A stretch of 55,514 nucleotides of DNA, taken from a virus. Its lineage: Duplodnaviria > Caudoviricetes. Below the pieces are notes generated by a model. It saw only the letters and a list, made by a program, of their open reading frames with translations. It was not told where the DNA came from and did not search any database. Below are positions 34,453 to 43,949 of this stretch, in pieces (position 1 is the stretch's first letter; every line of letters begins with the position of its first letter). The DNA is taken from IMG/VR virus record IMGVR_UViG_3300036781_000044, positions 1-55,514 of that record. One strand, written 5' to 3'. Position numbers and translations under genes: made by a program.

Positions 34453-35580
34453 ATGAAACTTCACGTCCTTGGCTTGCCGCACACAGAGACGATCGACGAG
34501 TTCTCGTCGTGCGCCTACACACAGCGCACACGTGATTTTGCGTCGTTCATGACGAAGCAAGGCTACGAAGTCGTCCTCTATGCTGGTGAGCGCAACGACG
34601 CCGCTTGCACTGAGCACGTACCGATCATGACGCGCGCTGAGCAAGCGCAATGGTTTCCAGGCTACACGCATCGGGACATGTTCGATAACTTCAATGCGGA
34701 GTCGAAGGGCTGGACGGAGTTCAATACGCGTTGTGCAGACGCGATCTTCACCCGTGCGTCTGCGCGCGACGTGCTCTGCGTCACGATGGGCGTCACGCAA
34801 CGTGACGTCATGAAGCGTCTACAAACGAAATACGCCCTCGCGTGCAAAGACTTCGATCTGCTTGTTGCTGAGACAGGCATCGGTTATAGCGGTGTCTGGG
34901 CTCCGTATCGCGTCTTTGAGTCCGCGGCGTGGCGTCATTACATGGCGTCGAAAGAACCAAACGATAATCTTCGCTGGTTCGATACTGTGATCCCGCGTGG
35001 CTATTTCACTCAGCAATTTCCCTTCGGGTTTGGTGGTGTTGATTACCTTTACCTCGGTCGCTTGATCTCCCGCAAGGGCGTGAAGATCGCGGCTGAAACG
35101 TGTCAGCGCATTGGTGCACGTCTGCTCGTCGCAGGACAAGGCGTGCAGTCATACAAGAATGGCGAATTTCTGCAGACGTTTGACGGGACGCGCCTTGAAG
35201 GAAACGTGCAATACCTCGGCGTATTGAACCCGACAGAACGCGCCGCTGTGATGGGGCAAGTGCGCGCCGTCTTTATGCCGACGTGGTATCTCGAACCCGG
35301 CGGCGGCGTCGCGATTGAAGCGCAGCTATGCGGGACGCCTGTGATCACGACGCCATGGGGTGCGATGACTGAGACTGTGCTGGAAGGTCCGCAGCGCACG
35401 GGCTTTCACTGCAGCGTCATGTCTGAGTTCGTGTCTGCCGCTGAACACGTCGAAACCCTTGATCGCGTGAAGATTCGACAGTCTGCGCAAGCCCGCTTCT
35501 CGTCGAAAGTGATCGCGTCGAAATACGACTATTACTTCAAACGCCTTCAGACGCTCTACAGTGAAGGGTGGTATCAGTGA
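34453..35580 (+). CDS. GT-B glycosyltransferase (GT4-like)
   Basis: YLGRL...KG, PTWYLEPGGGVAIEAQLCGTPVIT (EX7E). Confidence 0.88.
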   Translation: MKLHVLGLPHTETIDEFSSCAYTQRTRDFASFMTKQGYEVVLYAGERNDAACTEHVPIMTRAEQAQWFPGYTHRDMFDNFNAESKGWTEFNTRCADAIFTRASARDVLCVTMGVTQRDVMKRLQTKYALACKDFDLLVAETGIGYSGVWAPYRVFESAAWRHYMASKEPNDNLRWFDTVIPRGYFTQQFPFGFGGVDYLYLGRLISRKGVKIAAETCQRIGARLLVAGQGVQSYKNGEFLQTFDGTRLEGNVQYLGVLNPTERAAVMGQVRAVFMPTWYLEPGGGVAIEAQLCGTPVITTPWGAMTETVLEGPQRTGFHCSVMSEFVSAAEHVETLDRVKIRQSAQARFSSKVIASKYDYYFKRLQTLYSEGWYQ

Positions 35581-37367
35581 AATTCTCCCCAGACGGTTTG
35601 CACCTGCTCGGCGGCGTCGGTGACGGTCGCATCTACATCGACGGCGTGATCCCTGACGTGATGCGCAACTTTCACGCGGGCGGGTGGGACTGGCTCGACA
35701 ACGAAACGATCGTCGGTGGCGGTTCGCCTGACGACACGAAATGGTCCGTCTGGTCTTACAACCTTGTGACGCAAGTGCTCAAGCAAGTAGACGAGCGTCC
35801 GTCAAGCTGGGTTTATGCAAGTGGCAGCGGCAAGTTTGCCGTCTATCTCGCGTCGAATCCTCCGCTGAGCTATGACAGCTTGACGAAGCTGGGCGACGAG
35901 TGGAAAGACCGCGCCGCGTTTGCGATGTCTCCAGAAGGCGACGAGGTCTTCACGAATTTCGATCACAACATCCTTCTCGTGCGCAGCGCCGCGGGCACTG
36001 AAACACACTACGAAACAGGCCCTGTCTTCAATGCGCAAATGCAGGGCGGCGTCTTGTTCTGGTGCGGCATTCCGACTATTCTGCATGCCGTCGGCGCACC
36101 CAGCCCGAAGTGTCCGCAGAGCGGTGGCGTCAATGCCGTATTTACGACGCTGCAAGATGGACGCCGCTTCATCGTGCAGTGGGACAGCGCGATCAATGCC
36201 CTGGTCGTTTACGAGTGGATCTCACAGACCGTTTCTGGCGCACTCATGGGCTACACGCTGTCATTTGACGGTCTCGACTTCAATCACGATATCACGCAGC
36301 GCACGACTGACGGCATGCTGCTTGTCGGAACAGGTGTTAATCAGGGCGAAACCGGTCAGCGACTCTACGAACTCGATCTCACGAACTCGCGCGTTCGCCG
36401 TAACGGCGGTTTGTGGTCGCCACTCGTCTTGTCGAATCTCGACACCCCGCCTGTCGTGCTGCCGACGATCGAAGCGTTCGATCATGACGTCTGGGTCGCA
36501 CCGTATTTCCCTGACAAGACCGCGCCAGGTAACGCGTGCATTGTCGCGAACAATCAAGACTATCGGACGGATGCACCTGACACGTCGATGATCATTGCGT
36601 CACCGACGGCACTTGCCGTCGCGGTGCCGCCAAAAGAACGCTTCTTGGGGATTTACAACGAGACGCGCTCAGGCATCACAATCGCACTCGCAGAGCAATA
36701 CGACGTGCCGCTGTTCGTGTGTCAAGACAGTCCTGGACAGTTCGATCCTGGGTCACTGGCGAAACTGCGATCGAAAGACTGGCCGCTGCTTGAATGTTAC
36801 TTACTGCCAGATGAAACCGTTGAGCAGTCGTATCAGCGTTGGCTGGCGAATCTGACTCAACTGCTGAGCGATTGGGAGTTCAACGTCGGACTCGCGTGGC
36901 AAGACTACATGCAGTTATGGAAAGTCACGCCCGCGCGACTTGCGCAAGCCCACAACTATCTCGGACGACTCGTGAATCTTGACAAGCGCGTGGCGCTTGT
37001 CGCGCCGTTCGCATGGAAGCGTCCCGACGGCTGTGTGGGTCCACCGTGGATTGACCCGAATACAGGCATTTACTATTACCCGTCTTCTGATCTCGCGACG
37101 TGCGTCAAGTTGATTGCCGCCGCTTCCCCAGGCATCCCAAGTGAGGCGCCCATGGTGTTGCAGATCCCGCAAGTGCAGGTCGACTCGTTCACACTCGACG
37201 AACTGAAGAACGGCAAAGAGTTCGTCGGGCACGATCCACAAAACCCGTCGATTGCGACGCGTTGCCGCGTGTGGGTCGAAAACGGATCGATCTACATGGA
37301 GATTTCGTATCCCGGACTTGGACCGACTTACGTCGGGAAGACGGGCAAGTATCGTGCGGTGAAGTAA
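35568..37367 (+). CDS. hypothetical protein (propeller-like N-terminus; possibly virion-associated)
   Basis: 599-aa ORF between the glycosyltransferase and the lysis genes. Confidence 0.6.
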   Translation: MVSVKFSPDGLHLLGGVGDGRIYIDGVIPDVMRNFHAGGWDWLDNETIVGGGSPDDTKWSVWSYNLVTQVLKQVDERPSSWVYASGSGKFAVYLASNPPLSYDSLTKLGDEWKDRAAFAMSPEGDEVFTNFDHNILLVRSAAGTETHYETGPVFNAQMQGGVLFWCGIPTILHAVGAPSPKCPQSGGVNAVFTTLQDGRRFIVQWDSAINALVVYEWISQTVSGALMGYTLSFDGLDFNHDITQRTTDGMLLVGTGVNQGETGQRLYELDLTNSRVRRNGGLWSPLVLSNLDTPPVVLPTIEAFDHDVWVAPYFPDKTAPGNACIVANNQDYRTDAPDTSMIIASPTALAVAVPPKERFLGIYNETRSGITIALAEQYDVPLFVCQDSPGQFDPGSLAKLRSKDWPLLECYLLPDETVEQSYQRWLANLTQLLSDWEFNVGLAWQDYMQLWKVTPARLAQAHNYLGRLVNLDKRVALVAPFAWKRPDGCVGPPWIDPNTGIYYYPSSDLATCVKLIAAASPGIPSEAPMVLQIPQVQVDSFTLDELKNGKEFVGHDPQNPSIATRCRVWVENGSIYMEISYPGLGPTYVGKTGKYRAVK

Positions 37368-37369
37368 CC

Positions 37370-37612
37370 ATGATTGACCCGACGTGGATTGACATCGTTC
37401 AGAAGATCAGCGGCGTCAGCTTTGCGACGTTCTTGCTTCTGCTCGGCGTCGCTGGTTATTACCAGAAATGGGTCTGGGGCTGGCAAATGAACGCTGCGCT
37501 TGAACGTGAGCAGATCGCGAATAAACGCGCAGAGTATTGGCAGAATCTCTACTTGACGCGCGTCGTCCCACTGGAGAAAACGGTGGAGAAAATTTCTGGA
37601 GTGACCGCGTGA
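37370..37612 (+). CDS. small membrane protein (holin-like)
   Basis: One TM segment plus a charged helix. Confidence 0.55.
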   Translation: MIDPTWIDIVQKISGVSFATFLLLLGVAGYYQKWVWGWQMNAALEREQIANKRAEYWQNLYLTRVVPLEKTVEKISGVTA

Positions 37613-37827
37613 GCGCGTTTCTCAAGAGCTTCTGGCAGTACCTCGCCCATGAACGTCTAGGCTATCGACGTGCCGATCGTCCGGTGATCCCGAATCTGCC
37701 AGACGACGAAGCGATCCGATACGCCGAAATTACACGCCTTGAACGCCTCGAAGCGCAAGTGCGTTACATGGATGCCAATTTGGATCTTGTGCGCGCAGGC
37801 AAACTCCGTGGAGGCAGTGCATCATGA
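37609..37827 (+). CDS. hypothetical protein
   Basis: GTGA/ATGA-coupled. Confidence 0.45.
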   Translation: MSAFLKSFWQYLAHERLGYRRADRPVIPNLPDDEAIRYAEITRLERLEAQVRYMDANLDLVRAGKLRGGSAS

Positions 37828-38306
37828 TCGCTGTGTTGATTTTTCGATGGTTGTATCTGATTCTTGTCGCTGTTGGATTCTTCGTGAACTACGGCGAGTT
37901 TCGGGCTGCACGCATCGTGTATAACACGTTGGTCATGAATCGTATTAACGGCGCCCGTCAGGTGCTCGCGTCACATTTCGTGCGCAAAGCATTGATGCTT
38001 GTCGGGATTCAGTTTTTCTTGATCATACCTGCGATCGTTGGCATTGCTGCGTTACCGCGTCACGAGGGCCCAAGCAACCTCAACGTCAATGGCTGGATTC
38101 TGATTGCTACGCTTGCACACATGGCCGCTGTGCTCTGTTTGATGCTTATGGCGATCATGTCGTGGTACGACCGCACACTTGCCATGAACATGATTTCGTC
38201 GGACATCTCTCACGAGCGCGACGACGCCATCACGAGCATTCGCATTGAACTTAACGACGTTGCCGACGAACTCCGCAAATTGCGTGAAGACAAGAAGGGC
38301 GCATGA
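37824..38306 (+). CDS. three-TM membrane protein, putative holin
   Basis: Three hydrophobic segments; directly before the endolysin. Confidence 0.6.
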   Translation: MIAVLIFRWLYLILVAVGFFVNYGEFRAARIVYNTLVMNRINGARQVLASHFVRKALMLVGIQFFLIIPAIVGIAALPRHEGPSNLNVNGWILIATLAHMAAVLCLMLMAIMSWYDRTLAMNMISSDISHERDDAITSIRIELNDVADELRKLREDKKGA

Positions 38307-38803
38307 CGTTTCATCAGATGTTCGTGCGTCTCATCGACGTCGAGGGCGGATATGTCAATGATCCGAATGATCCCGGCGGTGAAACGAAATACGGGATCAG
38401 CAAGCGATCATATCCGACGCTGGACATCAAGAATCTGACGCTCGACGACGCAGAAGCGATCTACTTGCGCGACTTCTGGACACGCATCGCGGCTGACAAA
38501 TTGCCAAGCAGCGTCGCGTTTCAAGTCTTTGACTTCGCTGTGAACTCAGGCATTGAAACAGCGGTGCGCAAACTGCAGGCCGCGATCGACGTCGCAGACG
38601 ACGGCTATTGGGGCCCGGTGAGCGCCGCCGCAGCCGACGCGATGAGTGAAGCCACGCTCATTCTACGACTCACGGCACAACGTCTGCGCTTCTGGACGAA
38701 GCTGAAAAACTGGTCCTCTGCCGGCAAAGGCTGGATCAATCGCGAGGCCACAAATCTCGATTACGCGTCACTCGACATTACGCACCCAGGAGACTCTCAG
38801 TGA
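38303..38803 (+). CDS. endolysin, GH108 with peptidoglycan-binding domain
   Basis: EGGYVNDPNDPGGETKYGI, FDFAVNSG, GKGWINR. Confidence 0.95.
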   Translation: MTFHQMFVRLIDVEGGYVNDPNDPGGETKYGISKRSYPTLDIKNLTLDDAEAIYLRDFWTRIAADKLPSSVAFQVFDFAVNSGIETAVRKLQAAIDVADDGYWGPVSAAAADAMSEATLILRLTAQRLRFWTKLKNWSSAGKGWINREATNLDYASLDITHPGDSQ

Positions 38804-40560
38804 AAACGACACTTGCTCTGTTCTTCGTCGCATTTGCCGCGGCATGCCCGTCGCCCGCGCCTGTACCTCAGCCGCCGGTACCCTCGACGTATCGTCTGCA
38901 GATTTATGTGCATGACGACGCAGACGATTCCCCGCTGGTCGCAGCGCGCGGCTACAGAGACAACGTGCCTGCTGAGAACCCCAACATGGGCGGGTCCCCG
39001 TTCACGCTTGGGAGCGACGCTGGGGCCGCGTGGCAGCTATCAGCGCAAGACTTCAACGTGTGCGCACTCGACGCTGGTTACAGTCTTGAATGCGCCCCGG
39101 TTCCCCTGCACGCGAATCTGACGCTGACAATCAAGCTGAAGAAACTACCGACGCCGACACCGCCTCCGCCGCCAGTCGAGTCGCCCGCGACGTGGACGAT
39201 CGAGCAGTTGAAAGACTTGCAGGGCGACTTGATGATCTGGGCCCCCGACGTCGGATGTTCACCCGAAGCGCGAATCGACTGCGGCAGCGCACACGGATTG
39301 CAAGCGGGATGGGTCTGGTCACTCACTACGCCGCGTTTCTCGGCTGAGAATCGACAGAAGCTCTATGCTGACGCCAAGAAGTTTGGTTATACGCATTACG
39401 CGATTGACGTTAACGCCTGCGAGATCGGCGGCGGATATCACAACATCATCCCTGTGACGACATGCGACGGCTTTGACGACGCCATCAATACAACGCTGAA
39501 AGAGATCGTCGCGCAGCATTTGATTCCTGTCTGCGCAGGCATCACGCAAGATGCGCCTGTCGCACCCGGCGTCGATCGATCGCTGTGCCCAATCGTCATG
39601 GACGATTGGGACAACACGCATCAGAAAGATTGTCACGTCAAAACTTTGGCGCAGACGTTCCCGAATGCGTTGATTTACGTTGAGATGCCGCAGGGCGTGA
39701 ACCCGCAGGGCGTATGGTCCCCGTCGCCTGACGCGTGCTCGCCATCCCCGTTCCCTGTGTCAGGCGGCGACTGGATCCGCAATCTGCAGCGTCAGTATCC
39801 CAACTTTACAGGCGTGCTCTATGAGACGTCAGGGCCTGACGGCGTTGACGCACAAGTCGCTGATCTCGTGTCCTGGAATCCGTGGTTCCGCGATTTGCAG
39901 CAAGTCGTCTTTGAGACCGATACGTATTGGAAGTTCTGGAATGGCTGGGACGTCAATGCGCAAAAGACGATGAACGATGCGATACGCGCGAAAGCCCCAT
40001 GGACACTCGGCTATTTTAGCGGCGGCACGTCGCATCCGCCAGTGCAGGGTTCACAGTCAGGCAGCGGACATTTCGAGGGTGAACTATCAGGCGATCAGAT
40101 TCAAGTCGTTGATGCCGTTGATTTCAGACAGTGGCCTGTCACGAGTCAGTTGACGAACGTGACGATCGGGCTTGATGGCGTCTATCTGACGTTTGACAAA
40201 CAAGACACATGGCCTGAAATCTCATTCGGTGTGCAGTATTCGCTAGGCATGTGCTTGAACATTAACAGTCAGTGGTACTGCAACGCGCCGATTGAACTCT
40301 GGAAGGGCTTGCCACGTTCTGGCGGCGCGATTCAAGCGCAAGACATCAACGGCACAGGCATCGGGCAGATCGCGACGAATTGGTGGTATGCGCCACGCTG
40401 GGGCATTCTGCAGAACAAGAACCCGGCACCCAACGAGCAGATCGGTATATTTGCCGTGGCGGGCGACGCGCGTAACGGCATCAACAATCCCCAAGAGCGC
40501 ACGAACATCGTGCTTGTGAGGCTGCCGCCTCCTAATACTGCGGCGACGTTCGTCAAATGA
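38800..40560 (+). CDS. large multidomain lipoprotein
   Basis: Signal MKTTLALFFVAFAAA-C; Pro linkers separate about 3 domains. Confidence 0.65.
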   Translation: MKTTLALFFVAFAAACPSPAPVPQPPVPSTYRLQIYVHDDADDSPLVAARGYRDNVPAENPNMGGSPFTLGSDAGAAWQLSAQDFNVCALDAGYSLECAPVPLHANLTLTIKLKKLPTPTPPPPPVESPATWTIEQLKDLQGDLMIWAPDVGCSPEARIDCGSAHGLQAGWVWSLTTPRFSAENRQKLYADAKKFGYTHYAIDVNACEIGGGYHNIIPVTTCDGFDDAINTTLKEIVAQHLIPVCAGITQDAPVAPGVDRSLCPIVMDDWDNTHQKDCHVKTLAQTFPNALIYVEMPQGVNPQGVWSPSPDACSPSPFPVSGGDWIRNLQRQYPNFTGVLYETSGPDGVDAQVADLVSWNPWFRDLQQVVFETDTYWKFWNGWDVNAQKTMNDAIRAKAPWTLGYFSGGTSHPPVQGSQSGSGHFEGELSGDQIQVVDAVDFRQWPVTSQLTNVTIGLDGVYLTFDKQDTWPEISFGVQYSLGMCLNINSQWYCNAPIELWKGLPRSGGAIQAQDINGTGIGQIATNWWYAPRWGILQNKNPAPNEQIGIFAVAGDARNGINNPQERTNIVLVRLPPPNTAATFVK

Positions 40561-40937
40561 GTCGCTTTACGACGCCGCTGGAACTCGAATACATCGACGG
40601 TCGAAACTGGAAGCTGACCGCGGAGTTTGACTTTGCCAGCGACACACTTGAACGACTCGTGTGCGTGCCTGTCGGGTTCGTCACTGACTTTGCGTCGATC
40701 CCGCGCGTGTTGTGGCCATTCTTGCCGCCAACAGGACCATACGGGAAAGCGGCTGTCATTCATGATTTGTTGTATCGACATCCGTGCATGTTTTCGCCGT
40801 GCGTGACACGCGCACGCTGCGACGGCAGTTTGCTGGAGGGAATGGAGGCACTACAGGTCAATTTCTTCGTTCGCTGGATCATCTACCTCGGTGTTCGTCT
40901 CGGAGGCCATTTCGCTTATCAAGGAGATCACACATGA
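40557..40937 (+). CDS. DUF1353 family protein
   Basis: GFVTDFASIPR, AAVIHDLLY, GVRLGG. Confidence 0.88.
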   Translation: MSRFTTPLELEYIDGRNWKLTAEFDFASDTLERLVCVPVGFVTDFASIPRVLWPFLPPTGPYGKAAVIHDLLYRHPCMFSPCVTRARCDGSLLEGMEALQVNFFVRWIIYLGVRLGGHFAYQGDHT

Positions 40938-41344
40938 AGTCACGTTCACTGTTCGCCGTCTTCGCGCTTGTCGCATTGCTCGTTGGTCCCGCGTGCTCGC
41001 ACGCGCCGTCGTCTGTCGTCACGCCGCAGGGCAAAGCGGCGTTTGCCGCCGATCAAGTCGTCACGCGTCTCGCAGAGATCCAGAACGCGGTGATCGTCGC
41101 CGCGACGCCTGACGCGGCGGGCAAAGTTGCGATTGCCAAACCGCAGGCCGATATCATTGTGGGATTCATCGTCGATGCCGCGAAGATCATCAAGCAGACG
41201 CCCAACGGGTGGATCGCGTCAGTCAGTCAGGCATGGACACTCGCGAAGAAGCGCATCCCGGCGGCGACGTTGCCGAGTGTGCAGGGCTACGTGCTCGCGA
41301 TTGACACGCTGTTGGCGGCGTCGGGCGGCGCCCCGCTCCCCTGA
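40934..41344 (+). CDS. small lipoprotein
   Basis: MKSRSLFAVFALVALLVGPA-C; AAGGAG RBS. Confidence 0.65.
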   Translation: MKSRSLFAVFALVALLVGPACSHAPSSVVTPQGKAAFAADQVVTRLAEIQNAVIVAATPDAAGKVAIAKPQADIIVGFIVDAAKIIKQTPNGWIASVSQAWTLAKKRIPAATLPSVQGYVLAIDTLLAASGGAPLP

Positions 41345-41412
41345 GTCGCCGGCGCGATCGGAAGCGACGTCACAACAACGAAGCGATTTACGAGTTTCAA
41401 AGGAGTCAGTTC

Positions 41413-41607
41413 ATGAACCCGATTTTGTTGCAGGCGATCATCACTCAGTTCGTTGCGCCCGAGATCCTAGCGATCATCAAGAAGCATCACGAGACGACGG
41501 GCACGCTGCCGACGGACGCCGAAGTCATCGCGCAGTTGAACACTGACGCTGACGCGCTGATCGCGCGTGGGCAGGAGTTCTTGGACGCGTCGGCGTCACA
41601 GAGCTAG
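41413..41607 (+). CDS. hypothetical protein
   Basis: AAGGAG RBS. Confidence 0.65.
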   Translation: MNPILLQAIITQFVAPEILAIIKKHHETTGTLPTDAEVIAQLNTDADALIARGQEFLDASASQS

Positions 41608-41927
41608 AAAAAGGACACGTCTTCGGGCGTCGTCCCTAAGGCGACGGCCGCTTCTTGCGTGATCTGGGCGCGCGGGGAGTGGTCGTCGTCTTTTTTATTG
41701 AGTTCAGCCCGCATGCGCGTGATGCGATCTCGAAAGAACTGCGGCGTTTCGACGTCATCAGGCCAATCGTGCAACGACTCTTCTAACGCGCGCATATCGC
41801 GTTTGATTTGATACAGCCGTCCGTCTTCGCCGGGCTGAATGTCGTGCCACCACTCCCACGTATACGTGTGCAGCGCAGGCGCGTCAAAGAGCGTCTGTTC
41901 GTCGTCGAGCTTCGACCCTCGAGTCAT
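41604..41927 (-). CDS. hypothetical protein
   Basis: 107-aa ORF convergent with the late operon. Confidence 0.5.
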   Translation of the reverse strand: MTRGSKLDDEQTLFDAPALHTYTWEWWHDIQPGEDGRLYQIKRDMRALEESLHDWPDDVETPQFFRDRITRMRAELNKKDDDHSPRAQITQEAAVALGTTPEDVSFF

Positions 41928-42086
41928 ATAACAGCATTGTAAGAAATGAAGACGCTGGAAAATCTAAGGAATTTGAGGAAATCGCTCAGAACGTCTCAGG
42001 ATTCAATATGAGCGCGTCAGTCTGCGGGCTATCTAGCAAGTCGAAGTCGCTGTCGTTCGCTTGCCCTGACGAATCCTGACAAGCGT

Positions 42087-42121
42087 GAAACGCGTGTCCC
42101 GGGGACCAGGACACGCGTTTC
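42087..42121. terminator. 13-bp hairpin, likely terminator of the leftward operon
   Basis: GAAACGCGTGTCC/GGACACGCGTTTC about 12 nt after the stop at 42133. Confidence 0.55.
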
Positions 42122-42132
42122 GCCTCGGTCTG

Positions 42133-42405
42133 TCACGTCAACTGCACGTCGAGTCGTCGAATGTCGATGACGGCGCGCAGTACCGCTCTGTCGCGCTGTA
42201 GTCTGACGCGCTGCGCGCTGACGAGCTTGCGTCGCGCATCGAGTGACACGATCTCGTCATCGGCGGCGCTGAGCTTCTCCGCATTTTCTTTCATGCGGTA
42301 GTCGATCTCGCTGCTCGACAAGTGGCGAATCTCGTGGCTGAACTCGACGTCGCGCAGTTGTGCCGCGCTGGGCTTTCTGACGATTGTTTTGGGCGTCTTC
42401 TTCAT
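42133..42405 (-). CDS. hypothetical coiled-coil protein
   Basis: GAGGA RBS. Confidence 0.55.
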   Translation of the reverse strand: MKKTPKTIVRKPSAAQLRDVEFSHEIRHLSSSEIDYRMKENAEKLSAADDEIVSLDARRKLVSAQRVRLQRDRAVLRAVIDIRRLDVQLT

Positions 42406-42600
42406 GGGTCTGGGTCCTCAAAGAATCGACGGTGAATCCGTCTTTGGTCGCGTCTGTCGCGTGCTCACGGAGCCATTCGTGGCTCACGTAATCGTATTTG
42501 CGTTTGTTGAACAACCACATAGAAATCTCCGGGCTCGATAGCCGTTGCGCCTGTCGTTGGCCCCGATAGTTGTCGTGAGGACACCCGGAGATCGTGTGTG

Positions 42601-43524
42601 CTACATGTCGGACGGTTCGCTGCGCGACTCGCCGTCGATCGTGTTGGGATCGTTGACAGCCTCGCCAGCGTTCGCAGGATCGGGATGCTCGTCTTCGTGG
42701 TCGATCTTGATCTTCTTGCCGCCGCCGAAGACGTCGTAGAGCATGGCGCACTGCTCACGCACCGCGATGTCCGTCACGCCCAACTGCGCGAGGTTGTAGA
42801 CACCCCACGAATACGTGCCGTCCTGCTGTGATGCCGTGGTGAACGAATACATCCGCGCCCACGCCGGCGGGTTCGGCAGAGTCACGTTGTCGAGCTTGAT
42901 CGGCAGCCGAAGGAAGCTGTTCAGCTTCTTCGCGATCTTGATCTGCGACGACGACAGGGACAGCGCGACGAACTCCTGCTGGTCGACGAGCCAGATCACG
43001 TAGTCGTAGAACAGCGTCGCGACGGGCTTCACGCGCTTGCCGTTGGTGTCCTGCGTGAAGTTCATGCGCGGGTCGTTGATCGGCACGTCGAAGTCCACGA
43101 TCGTCTTGCCGTCGCCTGCGAACTGCATGCCGCGCGACCCCAACTGCGCGATGACGACGAACTTGAGCGGACCGCGTCCGTAGATTTCGCCGCTCAGATC
43201 GTTGAACATGTCCAGTTCGTTCAGCCCCTGAATCTGCAGGGGATTGTCAGGCTTGCGCTGTGCGCTGCCCGCCTGGCAGATGCGCAATCGGGGCGGCTTG
43301 ACGTCGCCTGCGCCAATGTTCTCAGTGCCCTGTCCTGCGCGCTCGACGAGATCCTGAGGCATGCTGGCGAGTGCGCCGCCTGTTTTTGGCGCCGCGGGTG
43401 TCAGTTTGTTGTCTGTCGTCATGGTGTGTGCTTTCTGTGTTGTATCAGGCTCAGAAGAACGCGCAATCGCCGCCTGTTCACGTTGCGCGCGTCGCTCACG
43501 ATTCAATTTCGCGAAGTCGACCAT
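42601..43524 (-). CDS. putative single-stranded DNA-binding protein
   Basis: G.EN...DV.PPRL.I.Q..S; acidic C-terminal tail; replication context. Confidence 0.55.
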   Translation of the reverse strand: MVDFAKLNRERRAQREQAAIARSSEPDTTQKAHTMTTDNKLTPAAPKTGGALASMPQDLVERAGQGTENIGAGDVKPPRLRICQAGSAQRKPDNPLQIQGLNELDMFNDLSGEIYGRGPLKFVVIAQLGSRGMQFAGDGKTIVDFDVPINDPRMNFTQDTNGKRVKPVATLFYDYVIWLVDQQEFVALSLSSSQIKIAKKLNSFLRLPIKLDNVTLPNPPAWARMYSFTTASQQDGTYSWGVYNLAQLGVTDIAVREQCAMLYDVFGGGKKIKIDHEDEHPDPANAGEAVNDPNTIDGESRSEPSDM

Positions 43525-43536
43525 TCGACGCTCAGT

Positions 43537-43731
43537 CTACTCGACTTTGTGGGCTTGTTCAATGTGAAATCTGTAGCCCGTCAGTCGCTCTAAGTGCGCT
43601 TCGACGTCAGGGATCGTCTTGATGTCGTGCGCGTCGAGTTCGTCTGGCGGCGTCGCTTTGACGCCGGTAATTGTCGTCACGGTTTTCGCACCGAGCTTGA
43701 CGACGATCTGAAATCGGATGTTGTCTGGCAT
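43537..43731 (-). CDS. hypothetical protein
   Basis: GGAGGAG RBS. Confidence 0.65.
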   Translation of the reverse strand: MPDNIRFQIVVKLGAKTVTTITGVKATPPDELDAHDIKTIPDVEAHLERLTGYRFHIEQAHKVE

Positions 43732-43949
43732 TTTTCTCCTCCATTAAACGAATCAAGCGCGCAGACGAGCAAGTGAACATTGTGACAAGGCCAACATTCC
43801 CCACGTGGACTCACGAGCAGCACTTTTGCGGGCCTTATCCGCTGTGCGAACGCTGCAAAGTCTCACCACTTGCATGGCGCTGCGTTCCTGTGAGTCGTCC
43901 GATCCACTGTTATCCACGCTGACTGCGTTACAGCGTGGCGCGCTTGAAC

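Noticed and set aside
43910-43918. DnaA box-like TTATCCACG
   Set aside because: A single 8/9 match with no cluster, which is expected by chance
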